A DNA stretch of 64,000 nucleotides from Marinilabiliales bacterium (GCA_003512955.1 DOTG01000038.1:334455-398454); one strand, 5' to 3'. Shown: positions 1-10,520, counted from the first letter of the stretch. Numbers and translations are program-made. The notes: generated by a model not told the origin, from the letters alone.

Positions 1-281
1 GCTTTGTCTTTTTGTACAATTTCCTCTTCACGCTGCTTTTTCATCTCTTCGGTTAAAAGCACTTTTTCTGCCTGAAATTCTTTGTATAACCGCTCAATTT
101 CAGCATGTTTTGCCTCAATCTCGGCTTGCCAATCTTTGGTCATGATATTCAGTTGTTCCTGAGCCGATTCATAGGTAGGAATACTGCTCAGGATATAATC
201 TGTATTGACATAGGCAAATTTTTGGGCTTGTGCAAAAAAACCTAATCCGATAAATAAATTTAGTATCAATAACTTTTTCAT
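1..281 (-). CDS. ompH: OmpH/Skp-like periplasmic chaperone; the 3' end runs off the window edge
   Basis: My own translation of the minus strand from the ATG at 281..279 gives MKKLLILNLFIGLGFFAQAQKFAYVNTDYILSSIPTYESAQEQL..., a signal peptide followed by a coiled-coil-like K/E-rich sequence. The gene lies directly downstream of bamA, as in the conserved uppS-bamA-ompH arrangement. Confidence 0.75.
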   Translation of the reverse strand, partial: MKKLLILNLFIGLGFFAQAQKFAYVNTDYILSSIPTYESAQEQLNIMTKDWQAEIEAKHAEIERLYKEFQAEKVLLTEEMKKQREEEIVQKDK

Positions 282-297
282 AGCTTGAATTTTTAAA

Positions 298-2811
298 TTA
301 GAATTGTTGTCCAATGGTAAATGCAAATTGCCCTTTGTTGGCATCGGGTTGTCCGTAAACCGGGTCAAAACCATAACCGTAATCAATACCTAAGATACCA
401 AACATGGGCAGCCAAAAACGCAACCCAACCCCTGCAGAGCGATATACAGAAAATGGGTTCATTTCATCCAAATGGTACCAGGAATTTCCCGCTTCGGCAA
501 ACACCAAGGCATAAATAGTAGCCGACGGGTTTAAAGTCAATGGGTACCTGATTTCCATGCTCAACTTATCGTAAACATTGGCCTGAGGCGATGCTGTTAA
601 AGAGCCATTACTGCTTTGTCCATTGCTATAACCACGCAATGGAATAACATCGGTTCCATAATAATAATTGAATCCCGACATTCCGTCGCCCCCTAACTGG
701 AAGGTTTCAAAGGGCGAATATCCCAGGTTTTTGTTAAAATATCCTAAATAACCAAATTCGATGTTGGTCCGCAAAACCAGTTTGTCGTAGATTTGGGTGT
801 ACCAGTCCGATTTGAATTTCCATTTATGGTATTCAATCCATTTATAACGTTCCCCATTTTGTTGATCCTCGTCATAATCCTCCCAAAATTTCTCTTTTTT
901 AAACAGAGAGTAAGGCGGAGTTACCGATAAACTTAGAGAAATATTCGATCCCCGCCGTGGGTAAAGAGGCTGATCCACGGAGTTCCGTCCAAAAACAGTC
1001 GTAAAATTCAGGTTGTTCGATGTCCCATCGGTGATGATAAAATAGGTAGAATAATCGTTTAGCTTATACCGGTTGTAGCTTAATTCGTTGTACAAAGTAA
1101 AATAACTATCGGGCCAGTTCAACCGTCGTCCTAAACCGACCGACGCCCCGGTAATCTTCATGTTTTGACCCGTATTGCTGGATGAAGTATTCCAATAACT
1201 GTAACGTGACTGGATGGAATGGTGAATGGCAACCGACAAAGAATTTGGTTTTTTACCTCCTAACCACGGCTCCACAAACGACATGCTATACGATTGGTAG
1301 TATTTACCGTTGGTTTGCGCCCTAATGGACAACTTTTGTCCATCGCCCGTAGGAAGCGGGCTATATGTTTCCCAATTGAAAATATTTTTTAAGGAGAAAT
1401 TGCTAAACGTTAACCCAAGCGTCCCGATAACCATACCGCCACCCCAGCCTCCGGAAAGCTCAATCTGGTCCGATGCCCGTTCCTCAACAATGTATTCGAG
1501 ATCAACGGTACCATCTGCTTGGTTGGGAACAGGTTTTACATCCAGTTTTTCAGGATCAAAATATCCCAGGTTGGCCAATTCACGGTTAGTCCGAATAATG
1601 TCGGATCGGCTGAATAATTCGCCCGGTTTGGTCCAAATCTCCCTACGGACCACATGTTCATTGGTACGCGAGTTTCCGGTAATAATCACACTATTGATGG
1701 TTGCCTGTTTCCCTTCATAAATCCGGATTTCGAGGTCAATAGAATCATTGTCAACCTGAACCTCTACGGGGATTGCTTGAAAGAACAGATACCCATAGTC
1801 GAGGTATAACGAAGAAACAGCATTTTCATCGCCAAACAACCGTTTATCAAGGACCGATTGATCGAACACATCGCCTTTAACGATTCTAAGTTCGTGATCC
1901 AAAATCTCAGAAGGATATTTTGAGTTCCCGACCCAGGTTACATTTCTAAAGAAATATTGCCCACCTTCATTAAGTTTTAAGTACAGGTTCAAAGTCTTTT
2001 CATCGTTCCGATACACCGAATCCACCTCGATTTTCGCATCGCGGTAACCTTTTTCGTTGTACTTTGCAATAATTTTGGCTTTATCTTCTTCAAAAGTATT
2101 CTCAATATATTTTGATGCTTTGAAAATATTGTACCAGGTTTTACGCTTAGTTTCTTTCATCGCGCGACGCAATTTGGTATCGGTAAAAACGGTATTCCCC
2201 TCAAAATAAATCTCGTTGATTTTGATTCGCTGTTTTTTATCCACCGCGATGGTTAAAATCACGGTATTTGGCATTAAGGAGTCTTCCTGTTGGGCAATAT
2301 TTACCTCAGTATTATAAAAACCTTTGTCGATGAAGAATTTTTTAATCCTGTTCTCAGTTAAACTTAATACATCGTCGGTTACTTGAGTCCCCCGGATGAG
2401 CTTGATTTCCTCGCGCAAATCGTCTGCTTCACCTTTGGTTACCCCTTCAAAAGTAAATTTTGATAACCTAGGCCGCTCTTTCAGATAAATATCTAAGAAA
2501 ATGGAATTACCCACAATCTTTGTTGCCGTAATTTCAATGTCACCAAATAAACCATGCTTCCAAAGTTTATTAATGGCTTGGGTTATATCATCGCCGGGCA
2601 CGGTAATGGTTTCGCCAACTTTTAAACCTGAAAGGTGCACCAGCACATTCTGATCTAAGTATTTAATTCCTGAGATGGTAACCCCGCCAATTTCGTATTC
2701 CTTAGGTTTTGAATAATCAATTTTTGATAATCGGGAATCGGTGGTTTCTTGAGCTATGGTAAAAAAGGTGGTTAAGGTCAGCCAAACAAATGCAAAAATC
2801 TTACTTCTCAT
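298..2811 (-). CDS. bamA: Outer membrane protein assembly factor BamA (Omp85 family; POTRA repeats plus C-terminal beta-barrel)
   Basis: 837-aa ORF with an ATG start and a signal peptide. It shows repeated POTRA-like segments (e.g. ...I.GN..F....L...), a C-terminal barrel ending ...FAFTIGQQF, and sits next to uppS. Confidence 0.95.
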   Translation of the reverse strand: MRSKIFAFVWLTLTTFFTIAQETTDSRLSKIDYSKPKEYEIGGVTISGIKYLDQNVLVHLSGLKVGETITVPGDDITQAINKLWKHGLFGDIEITATKIVGNSIFLDIYLKERPRLSKFTFEGVTKGEADDLREEIKLIRGTQVTDDVLSLTENRIKKFFIDKGFYNTEVNIAQQEDSLMPNTVILTIAVDKKQRIKINEIYFEGNTVFTDTKLRRAMKETKRKTWYNIFKASKYIENTFEEDKAKIIAKYNEKGYRDAKIEVDSVYRNDEKTLNLYLKLNEGGQYFFRNVTWVGNSKYPSEILDHELRIVKGDVFDQSVLDKRLFGDENAVSSLYLDYGYLFFQAIPVEVQVDNDSIDLEIRIYEGKQATINSVIITGNSRTNEHVVRREIWTKPGELFSRSDIIRTNRELANLGYFDPEKLDVKPVPNQADGTVDLEYIVEERASDQIELSGGWGGGMVIGTLGLTFSNFSLKNIFNWETYSPLPTGDGQKLSIRAQTNGKYYQSYSMSFVEPWLGGKKPNSLSVAIHHSIQSRYSYWNTSSSNTGQNMKITGASVGLGRRLNWPDSYFTLYNELSYNRYKLNDYSTYFIITDGTSNNLNFTTVFGRNSVDQPLYPRRGSNISLSLSVTPPYSLFKKEKFWEDYDEDQQNGERYKWIEYHKWKFKSDWYTQIYDKLVLRTNIEFGYLGYFNKNLGYSPFETFQLGGDGMSGFNYYYGTDVIPLRGYSNGQSSNGSLTASPQANVYDKLSMEIRYPLTLNPSATIYALVFAEAGNSWYHLDEMNPFSVYRSAGVGLRFWLPMFGILGIDYGYGFDPVYGQPDANKGQFAFTIGQQF

Positions 2812-2850
2812 TCCGTATTTTGGTTCTACAAATCTATAATTACTAATAGT

Positions 2851-3597
2851 TTACTTGTTCTCTAATTGTTCACTAATCATTCCGAAACGCCGCTCCCGTA
2901 GTTGAAAATCAAGAATGGCTTTATAAAGCTCTTCTTTATTATAATCGGGCCACAAAACATCGGTAAAATATAATTCCGTATAGGCCATCTGCCATAATAA
3001 GAAATTACTTATCCGCTGTTCTCCACTGGTCCGGATCATCAAATCAGGGTCAGGCATTGCATGAGTACTCAAATGATTACTCAATATTGATTCATTAATT
3101 TCATCTATTTGGAGCGCCCCCTGCTTAACCAATGATGCAATGTCTTTTACAGCGTTGACTATTTCTACCTTTGAACTATAGCTCAAAGCCAGCGTGAGGG
3201 TTAGCCCCGTTTTATTTTTGGTTTTCTCGATGGCTTCGGCTAATTTCAGTTGGGCTTTTTTTGGCAAATCGCTTAACTGTCCAATGGCATTGAGTTTAAT
3301 ATTATTATCGAGCAGTGTGTTTATTTCGGTATTAATGGTGGAGATTAACAACTCCATCAAGGCATTTACCTCTATCTTGGGGCGGTTCCAGTTTTCGGTT
3401 GAAAAGGCATAAAGAGTTAAATAGGAGATGCCCAATTCAGCACAGGCCTCGGCAGTTTCACGGACACTGTTTACCGCATTCCTATGGCCAAAGATCCGGA
3501 CATTTCCCTTCTTTTTAGCCCAACGCCCATTGCCATCCATAATAATGGCGATGTGCTTCGGAAGTTTCTCAACTATTAACTGCTCTTTAAGTGACAT
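2851..3597 (-). CDS. uppS: Isoprenyl transferase / undecaprenyl-diphosphate synthase
   Basis: 248 aa with IIMDGNGRWA near the N-terminus, the RTSGEQRISNFLLWQ motif and an ERRFG C-terminus. These are classical cis-prenyltransferase signatures. Confidence 0.95.
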   Translation of the reverse strand: MSLKEQLIVEKLPKHIAIIMDGNGRWAKKKGNVRIFGHRNAVNSVRETAEACAELGISYLTLYAFSTENWNRPKIEVNALMELLISTINTEINTLLDNNIKLNAIGQLSDLPKKAQLKLAEAIEKTKNKTGLTLTLALSYSSKVEIVNAVKDIASLVKQGALQIDEINESILSNHLSTHAMPDPDLMIRTSGEQRISNFLLWQMAYTELYFTDVLWPDYNKEELYKAILDFQLRERRFGMISEQLENK

Positions 3598-3620
3598 GTA
3601 TTAAAAAATTTGGCACAAAT

Positions 3621-4313
3621 TTAGTCAAATGCAGGACATTTTGCCCGATAATTAATTTTATAAGTTAAATAAAATCCAAATACAGAATACCAGTCTTTGT
3701 TACCTTCATATCCATATTGTGAATCAGTATTTTCTAAAATTGATTGCAGATTGTAATCATCATCCATCTTATCACTAAACGTTTTACGCATCCCCATCTG
3801 GAATCCTAAACATATGTCTTTATAAAGGTTGTATTTGAATCCTACACCAAATGGAAGTACCAAAATAGGTATCTGTTGAAATGCCGGCCCCGTTTTTGAA
3901 TAAAATGTAAATCCCATGCCTGCAAATATATATGGCGAATACTTGGTTTTTTTATAAGTAGCTAAATAGGGTAAAAAGTTATATTCCACTTGTCCGGCCA
4001 ATTCATAAAATGGGTAATTAATAACCACATCTTTATAAGGAGGGAAAACAAATACAGATTTATTGGCATCAGCGTACAGTTTACCATAGATAAACGATCC
4101 GCTTAAAGCATATCTGGAATTAAAGGTATGCCTGTAAAAGGCACCAAAAGACTGCCTTGTTCCCATAAATGGTATTTTGTTAAAATCCCCCAATAAATAC
4201 CCTCCGCCGACAAACACACCCACCTCGCCTCTTCTCTCAGTTTGTCCTTGGGCAGAGAAAAACGAAATTGTTAAGAAAATAAAAATAATTTTGGAAATGC
4301 TTTGTAGCCTCAC
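3621..4313 (-). CDS. Small outer-membrane beta-barrel protein. From memory this resembles DUF6089 at this conserved position, but I did not verify it.
   Basis: 230 aa with a GTG start and the signal peptide ...FFSAQGQ. The sequence has alternating aromatic/Gly-rich beta-strand character and lies between nadK and uppS. Confidence 0.6.
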   Translation of the reverse strand: MRLQSISKIIFIFLTISFFSAQGQTERRGEVGVFVGGGYLLGDFNKIPFMGTRQSFGAFYRHTFNSRYALSGSFIYGKLYADANKSVFVFPPYKDVVINYPFYELAGQVEYNFLPYLATYKKTKYSPYIFAGMGFTFYSKTGPAFQQIPILVLPFGVGFKYNLYKDICLGFQMGMRKTFSDKMDDDYNLQSILENTDSQYGYEGNKDWYSVFGFYLTYKINYRAKCPAFD

Positions 4314-4451
4314 AATTTAATAATGAAATATTTCAACAATTATTCAATTTGCTTAAAACGCAAAAAGAAACAAAATAATTACATGCGCCACAAAGTAAAT
4401 GGAAATATTTATTTTACCAAAAACATGGTTCAGGTAAAACTGAAACTATAT

Positions 4452-5195
4452 TTAACGGAACTTGGGCAATCCGTTTTTAGTCGATCGGAGTTTTTTAACG
4501 TAATTAACAGTTATAAATTGATATTGGTCGTACCAGCCATTTTCTCTATTATCAATTTTATCACTAAAGGCAAACCGCATCCCAACCTCCACATTCAAAT
4601 AAGAAAGCCTGGTCAAACGGGTTTTAAAACCTACACCATAGGGGATCACTAATGCAAAGTTAGAATAGGATTCAGGAATTCTATTACTTCTATCTTCGGT
4701 TAATTGAGCAAAGGTCCCTATATTGTAAAGCCCACCCACCCCAATAAAAAAATAAGTGGGGAGATTAAAGTTTTTCAACATCGATTCCCCCAACATTTTA
4801 TAAACGGTACGCCGTTGTCTTTCTTTTACAGCTAAAAATTCATACCTGCTTGTAAACTCAGTAAAGAATGTGGAAGATTTACGACCATCGGACCAATATT
4901 TTGGATCTCCTGTTGGATCTTCTGCATATAATTGCCCCAATGCAAGATTTACACTGGCATAATGCCTATTGGCAATATTATATCGTAATCCAGCATTACC
5001 AGCTACTCCAACCGTATTAAATATTTTAACCCATACCAGTTGTTTGGTACTTTTGGGCGCCGAGATATCAGCCATAAGATTAGTGGCCCCAACCCCTGCA
5101 AAAAATTCGTATTTTAATTGGTAAGCTGGTTGTGCGAACAGTCCAATAAAAGGGCAGATTAGAAAACATATTGTGATAATTCGCTTCAACGCCAT
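4452..5195 (-). CDS. Small outer-membrane beta-barrel protein, paralogue of its neighbour
   Basis: The ORF track starts at 5261, but the ATG at 5195 gives a clean signal peptide (MALKRIITICFLICPFIGLFAQP) and removes the overlap with the upstream gene. The C-terminus ...TKNGLPKFR resembles that of 5242..6180. Confidence 0.55.
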   Translation of the reverse strand: MALKRIITICFLICPFIGLFAQPAYQLKYEFFAGVGATNLMADISAPKSTKQLVWVKIFNTVGVAGNAGLRYNIANRHYASVNLALGQLYAEDPTGDPKYWSDGRKSSTFFTEFTSRYEFLAVKERQRRTVYKMLGESMLKNFNLPTYFFIGVGGLYNIGTFAQLTEDRSNRIPESYSNFALVIPYGVGFKTRLTRLSYLNVEVGMRFAFSDKIDNRENGWYDQYQFITVNYVKKLRSTKNGLPKFR

Positions 5196-5241
5196 GGTAT
5201 TCAAAATATGTGTAAAAAAACAAATGGTATATAAAAAGGTT

Positions 5242-6180
5242 TTAAAATTTGGGCAACCCATTTCTTCCGGTTCGTAACTTATACGAGATGGTCACTATCG
5301 AAAAAAAGTAAAAGTCATTGTATCGTGATTCCCCTCTTTGGCTCCCACCTCCATATTCAGTATTTGGAAGGGGATCATTATCATCATTGGTTTGAATACT
5401 CTTATCAGCCATCCTGGCTGCCAATGGATCTACGCTTGCTAACCAGGCTTTATCTACATAGGTGGTACTCACATCATCAATATAATCGGTAAAGGTGTAT
5501 CGGGCACCAAACTCGGCTCCAACGCTTATATCTCTGGTTATAGGATATTTAACACCTAAACCTAGTGGAATGGCCAACTGAATCCGTGAATATTTCTCGC
5601 GCCCTTCCATCAAACCTTGGCCTTCGGTACCAAGTGGCTGCAAAGAGACCCATTTCCCGGTTCCGCCGGGACCATCGTCCAATCCTTTGGGATTGAACCA
5701 AAAACCTGCAATTCCTGCAAAAACGTAAGTATTTATTGAAAGTTGTTTGAGTGAAAACTTTCTCCCTTTACGCAATGAATACCGATGAGTTACCGGCTCT
5801 TTAATGATTGAAAACTCCAATTGCGAACCAAATTCCACAATGGGTGAACGAAACGACAGGTTTCTATCTTTTCTGTAAATATTATCCGATTTGGCATCGT
5901 CACCACTTACCCAACCATAGGAAATGGATGTTTTAACAGCCAATGGTTCTAATACTTTAAATCGAAAGCCCGCATGTAACAACGGCCTTTGCGATGTAAA
6001 ATTAAAATCAGTGATAAAATGAGAAGCATCTTTACCTCCTCCCAAATCACCCATAAATGAGGTGGAACCTATACCTCCAACTATTTCATAGCGGTTACGT
6101 TTCCATCGGTTCGATTGGGCTTGGGTCAATAATGGTAAAACAATTAATCCTGTTAAAATTAGCAGGTAACTTCTTTTCAT
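5242..6180 (-). CDS. Small outer-membrane beta-barrel protein, paralogue of its neighbour
   Basis: The ATG at 6180 gives MKRSYLLILTGLIVLPLLTQAQ, whereas the track start at 6198 is a TTG. The sequence is Gly/aromatic-rich and ends ...TGRNGLPKF. Confidence 0.6.
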   Translation of the reverse strand: MKRSYLLILTGLIVLPLLTQAQSNRWKRNRYEIVGGIGSTSFMGDLGGGKDASHFITDFNFTSQRPLLHAGFRFKVLEPLAVKTSISYGWVSGDDAKSDNIYRKDRNLSFRSPIVEFGSQLEFSIIKEPVTHRYSLRKGRKFSLKQLSINTYVFAGIAGFWFNPKGLDDGPGGTGKWVSLQPLGTEGQGLMEGREKYSRIQLAIPLGLGVKYPITRDISVGAEFGARYTFTDYIDDVSTTYVDKAWLASVDPLAARMADKSIQTNDDNDPLPNTEYGGGSQRGESRYNDFYFFSIVTISYKLRTGRNGLPKF

Positions 6181-6318
6181 AAAAATGCTATTTTTCAAAG
6201 AGAATCAGAACGTTAAAAATTATAAACTCTGTCCGGTCAAAAATAACAATAATTTCGTTATCCGACCAATCCTCTGATAAAAAATGATTTTAAATCGCTG
6301 ATAAATATGATTAATGGG

Positions 6319-7200
6319 TTAATTTCGTTTATCAATTCCCCACATAAGTTTGTTCCGGAGTGTGTCGTAAAAACTCTGATTGCTTAATTTAACTAAAGCC
6401 ACATTTTTTTCAGAACGCTTTACACGCACCTCAAGTGTTTTTTCAAAAACATACGAACGGGAATCGAGTGACAACAGGAATTTGCTGTCGCGGCTTTCAA
6501 TTTTAAGCATCACCTCACAATGATCCGGAATAATGACGGGCCTTACCGTAAGATTATGCGAAGCTATGGGGGAAATAATCAGGTTTTGGGAATCGGGCGT
6601 AACAATAGGGCCACCCACGCTCATTGAATAAGCAGTAGAACCTGTGGGTGTGGCTACAATTAATCCATCGGCCCAATAGCGGGTCAAAAATACACCGTCG
6701 ATGTAGGCATGAACCATGATCATGCTTGAGGTGTCGCGTTTATGTATCGTCAATTCGTTCAAAGCGTATGGCAGCGAGATTTCTGTTCTTGGATTTAACG
6801 AAACAGCCAAAACACTCCGTTCCTCAATCCTATAATTCCCGGAAATCAACGATTGAACGGCATGAGCAATCTCTTCGGGTGAAATGTCAGTTAAAAATCC
6901 AAGCCGTCCGGTATTTATGCCTAATAAAGGTATTTTTTGTAAATTAAAGGAAGCAAAAGCTTCTAAAAACGTGCCATCCCCTCCGATGGCGATCATGAAA
7001 TCGATATCCTCGGGCATGGTTCCCGATCGGAGCAACCATTGATCCATCATTTCTACTCCCGAACAATGTGCCGCAAAATAATTCTGCAATTGTGGATGTA
7101 CCCAGAACCGTATCCTATTTGAAATCATGGAGGAAACCAAAAGCTGCAATGCAGGTTTAAAATTCTCATGAAGTTGTTTTCCGAACAATCCTATTTTCAC
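6319..7200 (-). CDS. nadK: NAD(+) kinase
   Basis: It carries the GGDGT motif (IAIGGDGTFL) and NxGxLGFL (INTGRLGFLT), plus TPTGSTAYSMSVGGP. The maximal ORF reaches a TTG at 7239. I prefer the GTG at 7200 (VKIGLFGK...), which gives about 293 aa, but the start is uncertain. Confidence 0.9.
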   Translation of the reverse strand: MKIGLFGKQLHENFKPALQLLVSSMISNRIRFWVHPQLQNYFAAHCSGVEMMDQWLLRSGTMPEDIDFMIAIGGDGTFLEAFASFNLQKIPLLGINTGRLGFLTDISPEEIAHAVQSLISGNYRIEERSVLAVSLNPRTEISLPYALNELTIHKRDTSSMIMVHAYIDGVFLTRYWADGLIVATPTGSTAYSMSVGGPIVTPDSQNLIISPIASHNLTVRPVIIPDHCEVMLKIESRDSKFLLSLDSRSYVFEKTLEVRVKRSEKNVALVKLSNQSFYDTLRNKLMWGIDKRN

Positions 7201-7348
7201 TGTTGGATGATTTAAATTAAACAGATTTGAACCCACCAAAATTAATTATTTACTGGCAATAACATAGAATTAACGTGCAAATCCTTGTGAATGTCCTTCT
7301 TCAAAATCACCCTTCTACAGATTATCCAATTCAATAGCTAACAGCCGA

Positions 7349-8767
7349 TTAAAATGCTTTTCCAACATTCAAAAAGAATCCATGCTGTTTGAGTTGATTC
7401 ATGGAGTATTCAAAACGGAGGATTAAATCGTAGTACGCCACCAAATCCACACCTACACCAAAACTGTATAATTGCGAGTTTGGCAAGCGGTTGGTTGCAT
7501 TTGGATTCACATCATAAACATATCCCTGCTCAACAAAAGCGTTTACAAAAAGGCTATAATGTATTTTATTGAATTTTTCCCATCCCCACGACTCTATATT
7601 CCTGACATTAAATGGAATAATGGCATATTTTAGGAACGCTCGTGCAGTTTCAAAATGTTGGCCATCAATCAAATAATATTCATCGGCCCGTAAGGTATAT
7701 TCATATCCCAAAGCCCGTTCTGTAAAGTAAGGTTGTTTAAAAGGGGTTGAGAGTTTAAATGTCCCTCCAAATCCAGCAAACCAGCGATCTTCAAATTCTA
7801 TATATTTATAAGCTGAGGCTTCAATATCAGCTACTCCGGCCATTTCATTTTTCAGTATTCCAAATCCGCTTTGCGAAAGGGTTACCTCTAAATTATAGCC
7901 ACTTAGCGGATAATATTTATAATTCCTTTTATCAATTTCCAAGGTATAGTTAAAATTCAACTGTTGTCCATAATTACCAGACGTCCCAAGAAAGTTCGGA
8001 TTTAGGTGCAAAATGGTATCGGAAACTGCAACATAAGTGTATCCTATGTTAAAATGATGTTTCAAATACATAGATCTGCGATAAGAATAGGTAAAACGGG
8101 CATTTTGGAAACTTTGCCCGTACCTGGAATAATCTTTATAAAGGACGGGTTTGTCAGAAATTGTGTTGTATTGTACCTCTTTTAACCGGAACCAGTTAAT
8201 TTCGGTGGTAATTCCATGGTTTGATGGACCCATAAATAAAGGGTTTTGATAAAACAACTGCAATTGTTCCTTATAACCCAAACGCACTTTCAGTTTAAGG
8301 GTTTCCCGTCGTCCCCTAAAATTGTTTTTTACCAGCAATATCCCATAATTGATGCGCGACCAGTCTTTGTTATTTAAAAAGGAACTAAGGTTTCGGTCAG
8401 CTTGTTCAAAAATAACGTAAGGCCATAAATACCAACGCTCCTCAACCACAATATATACTTTAATATACTTTTGGAAATCGTTGGTAGTATTGATATGGAT
8501 AAAGTTAAATAGTGAAGTGTTAAAAAGATTGTCTTTGGTTTTCTGGATGGTTTGGTCCAACAGCTCGGAGTAGATGGTATCGCCTACATGAAAAGGAATT
8601 TCGCGGATAATGACCTTTTCTTTGGTTTTAACATTCCCGATAATAATAACCTCTGAAACAACCACAAAAGCCGTGTCATTAACAACCTTGTCCTTTTTAC
8701 GATGTATTGCTTGCGAATGGAAAGGCAGGAAGCAAAATAGCCCTATACAACTTAAAAATAGTTTCAC
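7349..8767 (-). CDS. POTRA-domain / Omp85-like outer-membrane protein
   Basis: 472 aa with a GTG start and a signal peptide. A POTRA-like segment (VIIIGNVKTKEKVIIREIPFHVGDTIY) is followed by an aromatic-rich barrel ending ...FFLNVGKAF. Confidence 0.7.
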   Translation of the reverse strand: MKLFLSCIGLFCFLPFHSQAIHRKKDKVVNDTAFVVVSEVIIIGNVKTKEKVIIREIPFHVGDTIYSELLDQTIQKTKDNLFNTSLFNFIHINTTNDFQKYIKVYIVVEERWYLWPYVIFEQADRNLSSFLNNKDWSRINYGILLVKNNFRGRRETLKLKVRLGYKEQLQLFYQNPLFMGPSNHGITTEINWFRLKEVQYNTISDKPVLYKDYSRYGQSFQNARFTYSYRRSMYLKHHFNIGYTYVAVSDTILHLNPNFLGTSGNYGQQLNFNYTLEIDKRNYKYYPLSGYNLEVTLSQSGFGILKNEMAGVADIEASAYKYIEFEDRWFAGFGGTFKLSTPFKQPYFTERALGYEYTLRADEYYLIDGQHFETARAFLKYAIIPFNVRNIESWGWEKFNKIHYSLFVNAFVEQGYVYDVNPNATNRLPNSQLYSFGVGVDLVAYYDLILRFEYSMNQLKQHGFFLNVGKAF

Positions 8768-9433
8768 TTAAATGCTAAGGTATTTAAAGAAAGAATCCAG
8801 CCGGTCTTTCATGAGCCCGTCAAGTTCCTTGCTGGTTGAAAAAATCGATTTTATTTTATAATTGTACCGCTCAAAAGTTTGAATAACTGCAGACAAATCC
8901 GTACGGTTTGTTTTTATTGTTATTTCTGCCGATTCGGTGATATGAATGGAACGCACGTAAAGGCTTAAAATTTTAACATCATTCCCTTCTACAATTTGAG
9001 CTATCTCGCTTAAAGAATAGTCATTCGGTTTGAGTTCGAGCACCAAAATCCCTCCGGGGTTTTCAGCCGACATTAAATGAGAAAATTCCTGAGCCAAATC
9101 GTTTAAGGTAATGATGCCCAGATACTTTTCGTCAAGCGATAACACGGGAATTAACGTGAGTTTAAACTTCGCTACCAAATCAGCTGCTTCATAGATGTGT
9201 TGATTCTCAAAAACAAAAGGACGGGGCAACGATAGGGTATGTTCCAAAACCGGAACCTCGGGATTGTTCATGTCAAAAATATCCATCTCGGAAATCAGCC
9301 CCAGGTATTCATCGTTGTCCACAATGGGCAAATGCGAAATGCGGAAAACATCCATCCAGTTCAATGCCTCTGAAGCCTTATCATTTTTATGAATGGCTGG
9401 TACAATTTCCGATATGAGTCCTGAAGCAATCAT
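8768..9433 (-). CDS. CBS domain-containing protein
   Basis: 221 aa with a tandem CBS-pair pattern (...HLPIVDNDEYLGLISEMDI... / ...LIPVLSLDEKYLGIITLNDL...). It directly abuts the downstream gene. Confidence 0.85.
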   Translation of the reverse strand: MIASGLISEIVPAIHKNDKASEALNWMDVFRISHLPIVDNDEYLGLISEMDIFDMNNPEVPVLEHTLSLPRPFVFENQHIYEAADLVAKFKLTLIPVLSLDEKYLGIITLNDLAQEFSHLMSAENPGGILVLELKPNDYSLSEIAQIVEGNDVKILSLYVRSIHITESAEITIKTNRTDLSAVIQTFERYNYKIKSIFSTSKELDGLMKDRLDSFFKYLSI

Positions 9434-9539
9434 TCGCGGTATTTAGTATGGATGGTTGTAAAAATAGATAAAATTGAACATTCTTGTACTTTTGTTTGAT
9501 AAATATGACATTTGGTACGGTTAATTTGTTGAACTGTTT

Positions 9540-10343
9540 ATGGCAAAATTACATTTCAGGAGCTTTGGCGAAGGGGCTCCCATGATTATTTTACACGGAT
9601 TGTATGGCTCGTCGGACAATTGGGTTTCGTTGGCACGGGAATTAATGGCCGATTTTAAAGTCTATCTGGTCGATTTGCGCAATCACGGGGCATCGCCCCA
9701 CTTGCCTGAACACAGCTACCCGGCAATGGTGGACGATCTGGTTGAATTCATGAACGACCAACACTTGTACCAAGCCATCTTGGTTGGCCATTCCATGGGT
9801 GGAAAAGTGGCCATGTCGTTTGCCGGATTGTATCCCGAAAAAGTTAAAAACCTGGTTGTAGTTGATATTAGCCCCCGCACCTATTCCGAAACCAACAGTG
9901 ATAAGCAACTAAATGAACATCAACAGATTGTAACCGGATTATCTTCCATTGACTTAACAAAAGTTAACGACCGGCTGGAAGTTGATGCCCTTTTGGCGAA
10001 TTTTGTTTCTTCAGAAAAAATCAGACAGTTTTTGATGAAAAATTTACACCGGAATAAAGACAAAACATTTCACTGGAAACTTAATGTACCTGCCATTGCA
10101 GCCCATTTACCATCGGTGCTCGCGGGTTTGGAAAGTGAGGCCTCCAATTTTGCCCATTTTCAACAACCTGTACTTTTTATCAAAGGTTCTGAATCGAACT
10201 ATATCCAGGAAAATGATGTGTTTTTGATACAATCGCTGTTTAAAAACGTGAGGATTGTCACCATTGCCGGCGCCAGCCATTGGGTACATGCTGAGGCCCC
10301 CGAAGCTTTTCTGTTTGAATTGAAAAAGTTTTTACTTAGTTAA
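9540..10343 (+). CDS. Alpha/beta-fold hydrolase
   Basis: 267 aa with an HG oxyanion motif (ILHGLYGS), the nucleophile elbow GHSMGG and a C-terminal His (SHWVHAE). Confidence 0.85.
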   Translation: MAKLHFRSFGEGAPMIILHGLYGSSDNWVSLARELMADFKVYLVDLRNHGASPHLPEHSYPAMVDDLVEFMNDQHLYQAILVGHSMGGKVAMSFAGLYPEKVKNLVVVDISPRTYSETNSDKQLNEHQQIVTGLSSIDLTKVNDRLEVDALLANFVSSEKIRQFLMKNLHRNKDKTFHWKLNVPAIAAHLPSVLAGLESEASNFAHFQQPVLFIKGSESNYIQENDVFLIQSLFKNVRIVTIAGASHWVHAEAPEAFLFELKKFLLS

Positions 10344-10410
10344 CTTGCGTTCAGAGTAACCTGTAATGTAAAGACTAAACTTACAGCATCTTGTGAAGTC
10401 TTACCATTTT

Positions 10411-10520
10411 TCCGCGAGTCACGGGGTGGCTTGTTGGAAAAACAGATGTTTTTATTCTTAGTATCAAATTGAGTCACCCCGTGACTTTCAACATTTTCCG
10501 ACAGACTCGCGGATTTTAGG
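10411..10520. repeat. Composite hairpin repeat, left copy: CCGCGAGTC-ACGGGGTG ... GAGTCACCCCGTGACT ... GACTCGCGGATTTTAGG
   Basis: Blocks of 28 nt and 30 nt are identical to 16554..16632, with about 33 nt extra in the central loop. The inverted repeats are nested (CCGCGAGTC/GACTCGCGG and ACGGGGTG/CACCCCGT). Confidence 0.85.

Noticed and set aside
1310-1720. 136-aa plus-strand ORF
   Set aside because: It is an antisense shadow ORF inside bamA.
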